64,000 nt of DNA from positions 1-64,000 of the forward strand of contig CAZSKP010000024.1 of assembly GCA_964607485.1 (NCBI GenBank), written 5' to 3'. Positions 40,060 to 46,873 of this stretch are shown one piece after another. Under the pieces are notes generated by a model. The model searched no databases. It saw only the letters and a list, made by a program, of their open reading frames with translations, and had not been told where the DNA came from. The position numbers were made by a program, and so were the translations under genes. This stretch comes from an uncultured bacterium (GTDB lineage: Bacteria > Abyssobacteria > SURF-5). Position 1 is the stretch's first letter; each line of letters starts with the position of its first letter.

Positions 40060-41349
40060 CTATGCCGGGATGATTCCCGTGATAACGTTCAAGTGGGCCG
40101 GTCTCAGCACCGCCACGTCCACCCGGAGGTAGCCGCGGACCAGCACCTGCATCTTCTCAAACGTCTTCTCGTCGCCCGCCTTCGACACGTCCAATTGCAG
40201 CTGCGTCCGCATCCCGAACAGTAGGTTTTTGAAGCCTCCCATGAATGCGGAGCTCGCGTTGGTTGCCGAGCCCTGCGTCTGATCTATGGGCACCTGGTTG
40301 GTGACCAGCCGCTTGAGCGCGAGAAAATCGTCCGGAGGCTTGAGAGGTGTGTTGTCGCTAGTAATTCCGGTTTTCAAGCCGGCCAGGGCGCGCTTGGTCC
40401 GCGGCGCGTAGATGACCGCGGTAGCCTCCCCGTTGCTCGTCTCGATGTCCTCTATGGCGTCCAGGAACGGGTCGTAGTTTGTGAAGGCGGCGCCGTTCGT
40501 GCCCATCGAAACGGAGCCGACGCCGTCAGTGTTCCAAATGCCGCGAGGCTCTCCGACGCCCGAGCCGAGAAGACCGACGCGGTCAACCTCGAGCGCGAGA
40601 GCCGAGGCGATCATCTCTTCAAGTGTCCCGGTGAAGGATTGCACGTCCTCGATGAGCTGCAGCGAGACCCGGCAGAGGCAGGCGACGGCTACCGCGACCA
40701 GCTTGATCGGTGTGAACGTGGCGTCCGACTCGGTGATCTCTTCGTTTTCGGCGACCCAGTACGGCGTCGGCTCGGTGACCACCTTCGCGATCGTGACTTC
40801 CGGGGTCTCCATCGGCAGGGTCAGTGCCCCCGCCTGGACGCACCGCGCCTTGTTACGCGCCAGGTCGATGATGGTCCCGCTCAAGGTCGTCGGAAGCAGC
40901 ACCCCGCCCAGGGCGCCCGTGCCTTCTCCCATAGCCCGCCGCTCTGCCTCGGCCCCTTTCCAATCCTTCAGGACAAGTCCGCGAAACGCCCGGCCCAGGT
41001 TGAGCTCACTGGGAAGGATTCCATCGGGCAGGTCGCTCCGGACGAAATCTATCATCCGCTCTTCGGGCCTGAGCAGCCAGCGCCTGTCTCTATCCTCCAA
41101 GCCGTGAGAGCCGGCGCCGTCAATGATACGGCTGCCTATGTCGGTCCGCTGCGAGAGCGCGTCAACCGAATTGAGCCGGGTGGCGTCATCGAGGCGCTGC
41201 TTCAAGTCGCCCACCTCTTCCTCCAATGTGTCGAACTCCCTGCGTTCCGCCGCCGTGAGCGTGCGGTTCTCCTTCTCTGCCGCTTCTCGGATTGCCTTCA
41301 TTCGCGCGATCTTTTCCTCGCGCTGCTTCATCAATTCTCGTAGGTCCAT
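40060..41349 (-). CDS. HK97-fold major capsid protein with N-terminal coiled-coil delta (scaffold) domain
   Basis: Charged coiled-coil N-terminus, GGVLLP...IIDLAR, WVAENEEITES...F, VSLQLIED, GSGVGEPRGI and C-terminal RVDVAVLRP. Confidence 0.9.
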   Translation of the reverse strand: MDLRELMKQREEKIARMKAIREAAEKENRTLTAAERREFDTLEEEVGDLKQRLDDATRLNSVDALSQRTDIGSRIIDGAGSHGLEDRDRRWLLRPEERMIDFVRSDLPDGILPSELNLGRAFRGLVLKDWKGAEAERRAMGEGTGALGGVLLPTTLSGTIIDLARNKARCVQAGALTLPMETPEVTIAKVVTEPTPYWVAENEEITESDATFTPIKLVAVAVACLCRVSLQLIEDVQSFTGTLEEMIASALALEVDRVGLLGSGVGEPRGIWNTDGVGSVSMGTNGAAFTNYDPFLDAIEDIETSNGEATAVIYAPRTKRALAGLKTGITSDNTPLKPPDDFLALKRLVTNQVPIDQTQGSATNASSAFMGGFKNLLFGMRTQLQLDVSKAGDEKTFEKMQVLVRGYLRVDVAVLRPAHLNVITGIIPA

Positions 41350-41421
41350 TTCTTGTTTCCTTTCCTCTTTTTTTCCGTTCCGGTTGCGCGGGCAGAGGAG
41401 CGATCCCGCTCCGCGTTGTGG

Positions 41422-41712
41422 TCATCCGACCAGGGACGCACCCTGTTCTCTTGCACGTTTCGCTTTTCGCCGATCTCTCCATCGGCGGTGTTGGGCTTTG
41501 ACGTTTCCCTTCCGGCCTCGGCGTGGTGAGACACCCTGCCGATCAGTCCAACATTCATGAGAGCAGAACCGTCGCTTTTCCTGATAGAGCGGAACGCTGT
41601 AGGACCGGCCGCACTGTTCGCATATCTTTGTCAGGCGACGGCCATTGAACCGCAGACGGTCCGGTTCCCTCGATTGATGCCGCCAACGGCAACCCATCAT
41701 TTTCTTCTCCAT
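41422..41712 (-). CDS. small basic C4 zinc-finger protein
   Basis: CEQCGRSY...RRFCSHEC motif. Confidence 0.55.
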   Translation of the reverse strand: MEKKMMGCRWRHQSREPDRLRFNGRRLTKICEQCGRSYSVPLYQEKRRFCSHECWTDRQGVSPRRGRKGNVKAQHRRWRDRRKAKRAREQGASLVG

Positions 41713-41840
41713 TTGCAGACGTATGCAAAGTCAAACCTCGCCCAGGGGGGGGCTATTGCAATTTCGCGGCATCTTGCGGAAGCCTGCCATACCGGTTTCA
41801 GAGCTCAGAGGCTCCAGTGATTTTCTGCCCCCTCCCCTTG

Positions 41841-42476
41841 TCACGTCGGAACCTCCGACAATCTCTCCACTTCGCCTTCCGCTTCGGCCAACTGCCTCAC
41901 CGTTTCTTGATAGCCGCGGTTCGATTCAGGGGCGCCCAGGTGCCGGAGTGTCTCGAGAGAGCGTTTCAGGCGCGCCACCTTTTCCTGCGGTTTTTCTTCT
42001 TCGGCGGTTGACCCGCCCTGAGTTCCCTTCCGAGTTAAATTAGGAGTTAGGGGCCCACCGGCTAGCCCCCCGGTTCGTGCATCCCTTAGCCCCCCGCTAC
42101 CTCTCCGTTGTACCCCCGCACGCGGACGCGGAGGTCTATCGGTTGTATCCCCGCCTACACCTTGCGGGGGGCTACTGCCTGCACCCCCGCTCGCATGAGT
42201 CCATTGAATGATGATGTGATAGCCGCCCAGTCTCCGGGGACGTGGATAGCGCTCGATGATTCCCAAGGTTTCGAGTTCCCGCACCGCTTTGTGGTAAGAT
42301 GCCTTGTGCTTGATTCCGGCCTCTGTCTGCAAGGTTCTGGCACTTGGGAAACACTCGTTGCTCTCCCGATTCATGAAGACGCCGATCGCAATGAGGAGCC
42401 TGAGCGTGGCCGGCCTCTGTATCTCGGGGAGTCTTTCGACAACAAACGACGGGAGCACAGAGGTACCTCTGTCCAT
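41841..42476 (-). CDS. phage replication-initiator-like protein (N-terminal winged HTH)
   Basis: CFPSARTLQTEAG...KAVRELETLGIIER...Y (HTH_36-like), followed by a low-complexity linker encoded by GC repeats. Confidence 0.65.
   Translation of the reverse strand: MDRGTSVLPSFVVERLPEIQRPATLRLLIAIGVFMNRESNECFPSARTLQTEAGIKHKASYHKAVRELETLGIIERYPRPRRLGGYHIIIQWTHASGGAGSSPPQGVGGDTTDRPPRPRAGVQRRGSGGLRDARTGGLAGGPLTPNLTRKGTQGGSTAEEEKPQEKVARLKRSLETLRHLGAPESNRGYQETVRQLAEAEGEVERLSEVPT
42063..42190. repeat. iteron-like repeats inside the rep gene
   Basis: TAGCCCCCCG, TAGCCCCCCGC, TGTACCCCCGC, TGTATCCCCGC, inverted GCGGGGGGCTA and TGCACCCCCGC. Confidence 0.55.
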
Positions 42477-42667
42477 TACCTGCCTCTCTTCGGCTGCCGC
42501 TGCTTCCGAGGAACATACACGGCAGACCCGAGCTCCACGTTGTCGTGGCGTATGATGATCTTAGTCGACGTCGTCACGACGACGGTCTCTCCCGCCTCCA
42601 AAACTCTTTCTATGAAGCGAAAGTCTTCCTCCGCCTCCGTCAATTCTTTCCCCCCCTCCTCACGCAT
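42476..42667 (-). CDS. small hypothetical protein
   Basis: 63-aa ORF abutting the rep start and overlapping the upstream HTH gene. Confidence 0.45.
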   Translation of the reverse strand: MREEGGKELTEAEEDFRFIERVLEAGETVVVTTSTKIIIRHDNVELGSAVYVPRKQRQPKRGR

Positions 42668-42864
42668 CGGTCTATGAAATCCTGGAGGTCCTCATTTCGG
42701 ACGTACTGCTTCCGTGAGCCCGGGAACACCACTACGGGAAGATGCCCGCTCCACACGTGCTTGCGGAGCGATCGCAGCGGGCAGCCTATGAGCGCCGCCG
42801 CCTCCGCGAGCGTGTAGCAGAAGCGCTTTCTAGGCTCTGGACTCTCCTTCAACTCGTCGGTCAT
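42640..42864 (-). CDS. HTH_17/excisionase-type DNA-binding protein (AlpA/Xis-like)
   Basis: YTLAEAAALIGCPLRSLRKHVWSGHLP...VRNEDLQDFI; ATGA overlap with the upstream gene. Confidence 0.75.
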   Translation of the reverse strand: MTDELKESPEPRKRFCYTLAEAAALIGCPLRSLRKHVWSGHLPVVVFPGSRKQYVRNEDLQDFIDRCVRRGGKN

Positions 42865-43436
42865 CTATCTGTGGCCATTTTCAAGATTGTTATGAGGATT
42901 GGACCCCATTGCTCTCTGAGTTTCATCCGCCGGGCCGGTTCCTCAAATTTCTTCTTTTCCTCTTCTGCCAGCCACGCCGACTGGTTCGGCCCATACACCT
43001 TCTCAGCTTCCCTCCAGAGGGTTGAATCTACTCCGTAGAGCTCCTCTTCCAAGTCCAGCTTTAGACGGAGCCATTTTAAAGCCGCGAAGGCAACCAGATC
43101 CTGGTTCTTCACAAGCCTCTTGAGAGTTCGGTCATTTTGGAGCGATTCTTCGTCCAGCGCGATATCCGGTCTTTCCAGATGTTTTGCGATCGCTCTCGCC
43201 CTTGCGACGCCTTCCGCAGAGAGTCCGTCCTCGTTCAACAAACGAAAAGACGCCCCCACCTCCGCCGCCATATTGAAGGGATAGCTTGCTTCCATTGCAC
43301 GTCCGCCGCCTTTGCGAACCTGACGCGGCGCCAACCCCTTTTTCCAGTAATTCCGTAGTGTGGCCGGGCCTATTTCTATCGGGTGCTTCAGCGACTTGAG
43401 CTCCTTGAGTACCTCGCTTAGGGCTTTCTGGCTCAT
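42861..43436 (-). CDS. MerR-like HTH regulator (probable element repressor)
   Basis: IGPATLRNYWKKGLAP...GGG...Y; AGGAGG SD and a consensus promoter upstream. Confidence 0.6.
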   Translation of the reverse strand: MSQKALSEVLKELKSLKHPIEIGPATLRNYWKKGLAPRQVRKGGGRAMEASYPFNMAAEVGASFRLLNEDGLSAEGVARARAIAKHLERPDIALDEESLQNDRTLKRLVKNQDLVAFAALKWLRLKLDLEEELYGVDSTLWREAEKVYGPNQSAWLAEEEKKKFEEPARRMKLREQWGPILITILKMATDR

Positions 43437-43477
43437 TGGCTCCTCCTTCAGAAAACTATCAATCTATCTTTCATAGT

Positions 43478-43506
43478 ATTATACAATCGAGTCTTCATTC
43501 TGTCAA
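43478..43506 (-). promoter_or_regulatory. perfect-consensus sigma-70 promoter driving the element's main operon
   Basis: TTGACA-17bp-TATAAT on the minus strand. Confidence 0.8.
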
Positions 43507-43589
43507 GTCCTCGCTACTGCCAGCGGGTGAGAACAACAGCACGTCGCCCGGGCGCCATGGCTCAAATAAGAGCGAATCCCAAGTCTTTT

Positions 43590-43613
43590 GCTAGGGCAGT
43601 TGGTAGGGCACGA
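43590..43613. repeat. putative integrase arm-type sites near attR
   Basis: GCTAGGGCAGTT GGTAGGGCACGA, same orientation as 35013-35036. Confidence 0.6.
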
Positions 43614-43688
43614 AGCGGAGAACACAAGCGGAAAAAAGGCTGTCAAATCAGGTCACAAGAGGACACATACAAGAAATCTTATAAAGGA

Positions 43689-43717
43689 TTGCAAACCCTT
43701 GACACGTCGTATATAAT
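43689..43717 (+). promoter_or_regulatory. element-borne promoter firing outward through attR
   Basis: TTGCAA-17bp-TATAAT. Confidence 0.55.
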
Positions 43718-43732
43718 GAGACCCGCGGTTCA

Positions 43733-43780
43733 GGTTTCCTAAACCGCGGGTCGGGAGTTCGAGTCTCCCCGGGCGCTCTC
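43733..43780 (+). repeat. attR, 48-bp direct repeat (displaced tRNA-Arg 3' half)
   Basis: Identical to 34899-34946. Confidence 0.95.
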
Positions 43781-43823
43781 GTTTTTTCCGGCCTTGGAGC
43801 TCAGGCACGGATGCGCAGGCGTT

Positions 43824-43852
43824 TTGACTATTTAGTGTCCTCGTGGTATAAT
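43824..43852 (+). promoter_or_regulatory. sigma-70 promoter of the PHP-lipoprotein-TPR genes
   Basis: TTGACT-17bp-TATAAT with extended TG. Confidence 0.65.
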
Positions 43853-43880
43853 CACCCCAAGGAATTGTGGTGTGCCCCCG

Positions 43881-44567
43881 ATGCAATCGGAAAAATCGCT
43901 TGTTGACCTTCATATGCACACGCTGCTGAGCGATGGCGAACTTCTGCCGTCGGAACTGGTGCAGCGGTGTGTTGCCGCCGGCTATGGAGCCATGGCGCTG
44001 ACCGACCACGCCGACTCGTCGAACCTGGAGCCCCTCGTGAAGGCGGCGTGCAGGGTGGCGGAGGACTTCAACTCGAAAGGCGATTCTCCCATATGCGTCG
44101 TGCCCGGAGTGGAACTGACCCACGTCATCCCGGGGATGATCGCTGAGCTGACGGAGCGGGCTCGCTCGTTGGGAGCGCGCGTGGTCGTCGTCCACGGCGA
44201 GACCATCTCGGAACCGGTGCCCAAGGGGACCAACCGGGCCGCGATAGAGGCGGGCGTCGAAATCCTCGCGCATCCGGGTCTCATCACGACGGAGGAAGTC
44301 GAGCTTGCCCTCAAGCACGGGGTCGCTCTTGAGATCACCACGAGGAGAGCGCACGCGATGACGAATGGACACGTGGCCCTGCTGGCTCGCGAGGTGGGTG
44401 TGCCGATGGTGTTGAACTCGGACGCGCATTCGCCCGGAGATATTTTGAATCCGGATTTGAGGGAGCGCACGATATTGGGAGCAGGGCTCGAGCCAGGCTT
44501 CCTTGAGAAGCTGGCCGACAATTCACGCAAGCTCGTTCACAGGCTCATGGGCAAGGTCATAAGCTGA
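43881..44567 (+). CDS. PHP-domain phosphoesterase (histidinol-phosphatase-domain family)
   Basis: DLHMHTLLSDG, TDHAD, GVELTH, VHGET, LAHPG and NSDAH. Confidence 0.88.
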   Translation: MQSEKSLVDLHMHTLLSDGELLPSELVQRCVAAGYGAMALTDHADSSNLEPLVKAACRVAEDFNSKGDSPICVVPGVELTHVIPGMIAELTERARSLGARVVVVHGETISEPVPKGTNRAAIEAGVEILAHPGLITTEEVELALKHGVALEITTRRAHAMTNGHVALLAREVGVPMVLNSDAHSPGDILNPDLRERTILGAGLEPGFLEKLADNSRKLVHRLMGKVIS

Positions 44568-44579
44568 GGAGGTTTGGAA

Positions 44580-45053
44580 ATGAGGCTGAAGCTCGGTTGT
44601 ACGACACTGGTTTGTGTGCTTGTTCTCATCGCCACCGGATGTGCGCGGCAGAGGGCGACGACAGCCGCAGACGCGGAGGGGTCTCAGGAGATGACGACGG
44701 GCATTCCGCTCGCCCCCGATTTCCGGATACCGGACATCCCCGTCCCCGCTGGATTTGAGTTCGACCGGGATCACTCCTTCGTGTTCCAGAACAGCATGCT
44801 CGACGTCGGCAAAATTCAATACGCGGGCAAAGAGCCCATCACCGATGTGGCTCAGTTCTACATCGAAGAAATGCCCCGTTACAATTGGACCCTTCTCAAC
44901 GTGGCCGAACATCAGACCGTAGCGCTGTTTTTCGACAAGGAGAACAAATCCTGTCAAGTGCTGCTTACTCCCAAGGTGCGGGGCACAGAAATCCAGATTT
45001 CCTTCTTCCCCAAAGCGGTCCCGGCGCCGGAACAACAACAACAACAATACTGA
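44580..45053 (+). CDS. hypothetical lipoprotein
   Basis: Signal peptide with ATGC lipobox and DIPVPAGF motif. Confidence 0.7.
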   Translation: MRLKLGCTTLVCVLVLIATGCARQRATTAADAEGSQEMTTGIPLAPDFRIPDIPVPAGFEFDRDHSFVFQNSMLDVGKIQYAGKEPITDVAQFYIEEMPRYNWTLLNVAEHQTVALFFDKENKSCQVLLTPKVRGTEIQISFFPKAVPAPEQQQQQY

Positions 45054-45062
45054 GACACCGAG

Positions 45063-45764
45063 ATGCCGGCAGGCCCAAGAGTAACGAGAAGAGACCTCAA
45101 AGAAGACAAGGTCTACCTGACCCTGGCGGGCGTGGCCGCCTTCTTCGTACGCTACCGCTTGTGGATAGCCCTGGGCGCCCTCGCCGTGCTTCTGGCGTTC
45201 GCGGCCGGATACTACCGATATATGCGCCTGCAGCGGCTTGATGCCGAGGCCTCCTGGGCGCTCTATCTGGCCACTAACCAGGGACATTCTTCGGATAAGA
45301 CCGCCGCCCTCAAAGAGGTGGTGGCCGATTACGACGGCGCCTCCGCGGCGCGCACGGCGTCGTTCGAGCTGGCAAATTCACTTTACGACGACGGCCATTA
45401 CGAGGAAGCGCTGAAGGCGTTTCAGGAGTTTCTCAAGAAGAATCCCGGTCACCTGCTTGCCCCCGCAGCAATGGAGGCGGTGGGATACTGCTACGAATCT
45501 CTGGGCCAATGGAAGGAAGCGATAGCCGCCTACGAGACGCTCATGAAGAAACGGCCAGCTTCCCCGGCGGCCGCGCGCGCGAATTATCGGCTCGGACTCT
45601 GCTACGAGAACATCGGAGAGAAGGAGAAGGCCGTCGAGGCGTACAAAAAGACGATGGAACTTCTGCCAGGCAGCTTCTGGGCCGAATATTCGAGCGAACG
45701 CCTTGCCTCCCTCAGCCCCGAGGCTTCCGCCCCCGCCGAGGCTCTGCCACCGCCTGTCGAGTAA
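45063..45764 (+). CDS. membrane-anchored tetratricopeptide-repeat protein (YfgM-like)
   Basis: N-terminal TM helix followed by 3-4 TPR motifs. Confidence 0.8.
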   Translation: MPAGPRVTRRDLKEDKVYLTLAGVAAFFVRYRLWIALGALAVLLAFAAGYYRYMRLQRLDAEASWALYLATNQGHSSDKTAALKEVVADYDGASAARTASFELANSLYDDGHYEEALKAFQEFLKKNPGHLLAPAAMEAVGYCYESLGQWKEAIAAYETLMKKRPASPAAARANYRLGLCYENIGEKEKAVEAYKKTMELLPGSFWAEYSSERLASLSPEASAPAEALPPPVE

Positions 45765-45850
45765 AGGGCCGCCTCTTGCCCGCGTGAACCCAACAAACGA
45801 CAACTCCGCCTGAGACCGGCCGGCGGCTTCGTGTAATCAAGCGGACAGGT

Positions 45851-45879
45851 TTGACAATAGCGCATTTTTCTGGTATATT
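45851..45879 (+). promoter_or_regulatory. sigma-70 promoter of tRNA-Gln/tRNA-Glu/rplU operon
   Basis: TTGACA-17bp-TATATT with extended TG. Confidence 0.75.
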
Positions 45880-45916
45880 TGGGCGTCGGGTGAGGTGATG
45901 CCCGGCAGCTTCATAC

Positions 45917-45989
45917 TGGGGAGTCGTCGAATTGGTAAGACGCCTGACTCTGGATCAGGAAGCTGTAGGTTCGAGTCCTACCTCCCCAG
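45917..45989 (+). tRNA. tRNA-Gln(CTG)
   Basis: Acceptor stem TGGGGAG/CTCCCCA and anticodon arm CCTGA-CT-CTG-GA-TCAGG. Confidence 0.95.
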
Positions 45990-46039
45990 CCGAAAACTGA
46001 CCGTGCGGCAGGGCTAAATTGCCCCGGCGCTCAGCGTGT

Positions 46040-46115
46040 GGCCCCTTCGTCTAGTGGCCTAGGACGGGTGGTTCTCAGCCATCAAACGGGGGTTCGATTC
46101 CCCCAGGGGCTACCA
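46040..46115 (+). tRNA. tRNA-Glu(CTC)
   Basis: Acceptor stem GGCCCCT/AGGGGCT plus ACCA; anticodon arm GGTGG-TT-CTC-AG-CCATC. Confidence 0.95.
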
Positions 46116-46162
46116 ATTTTTTTGTAAATACGGTAAAATATGTGTGAAAGGAGCCGCAGGGC

Positions 46163-46474
46163 ATGTATGCCATAATAAAGACCGGTGGCAAGCAATATAA
46201 GGTCGCCGAGGGCGATACCATCCGAGTGGAGAAACTGAAAGCCGAGGTGGGCGAGACGGTCACGTTCGACGATGTGAAGTTGCTCGCGAAGGACGGAACC
46301 GCCGTCGTGGACGGGAAGAAGCTGGGCTCGGTAAAGGTAGAAGGCAAGGTGCTCGCCCTGGAGAAGGGCAAGAAGGTCATCGTCTTCAAGTTCAAGCGAC
46401 GCAAAGGATACAGGCGGAAGACCGGCCACCGCCAGCGGCAAACGAAACTTCAAATCACGAAGATAAAGGCTTGA
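46163..46474 (+). CDS. rplU: 50S ribosomal protein L21
   Basis: [14 protein letters not shown]...[14 protein letters not shown]. Confidence 0.97.
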   Translation: MYAIIKTGGKQYKVAEGDTIRVEKLKAEVGETVTFDDVKLLAKDGTAVVDGKKLGSVKVEGKVLALEKGKKVIVFKFKRRKGYRRKTGHRQRQTKLQITKIKA

Positions 46475-46532
46475 CCCGCGCGGGCTGTCCCCGTTTTTCC
46501 GGGGAGAGACCGTTTTCAGGAGGTGAAATCAG

Positions 46533-46793
46533 TTGGCACATAAGAAAGCCGGCGGCAGTTCCCGCAACGGACGCGACAGCAACTCGCAGCGTCTGGGTGT
46601 GAAGAGATTCGGAGGACAAATAGTCAAGGCCGGCAACATACTCGTGCGTCAGCGTGGTACCGTTTTCCTTCCGGGACCGAATGTGGGTGTCGGCCGCGAC
46701 CACACCCTTTACGCGAAGATAGATGGCATAGTGAACTTCGTAAGGGCCGGAAAGGACAAGCGGAAGGTCTGCGTTTTGCCCGCGGGGCAATAG
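46533..46793 (+). CDS. rpmA: 50S ribosomal protein L27
   Basis: [18 protein letters not shown] start after GGAGGT. Confidence 0.97.
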   Translation: MAHKKAGGSSRNGRDSNSQRLGVKRFGGQIVKAGNILVRQRGTVFLPGPNVGVGRDHTLYAKIDGIVNFVRAGKDKRKVCVLPAGQ

Positions 46794-46873
46794 CCCATCC
46801 TCCAGAGCCTCCTCCGCCGCAATTCCAGCCATTTACGGGCCGAGGGCGGGACACAAAGGCCGGCGCCTCGCCT

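Larger units (their letters stand above)
34899..43780 (-). mobile_element. 8.8-kb tRNA-Arg-integrated phage-satellite-like element (int, xis-like, rep, major capsid, decoration-like, tape measure)
   Basis: Intact att repeats, tyrosine integrase next to attL, co-oriented phage-type genes; no terminase, portal or lysis genes recognised. Confidence 0.9.

Noticed and set aside
41713-41840. cos packaging site (G-run in the gap before the structural genes)
   Set aside because: Position is suggestive, but no recognisable cos core or adjacent terS/HNH gene; the G-run matches the rep iteron motif better.
43721-43780. Second tRNA-Arg gene
   Set aside because: Lacks the 5' acceptor strand and D-arm; it is the attR duplication.
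34899-43780. Classification as a complete prophage, cf-PICI or encapsulin locus
   Set aside because: No terminase, portal, protease or lysis genes, so it is not a full phage or cf-PICI. The delta-domain MCP with TMP, int and rep is not an encapsulin context. A deletion remnant remains possible and is given as the refuting case.
45030-45047. CAA microsatellite (poly-Gln) at the lipoprotein C-terminus
   Set aside because: Short, in frame and terminal; no evidence for phase variation.
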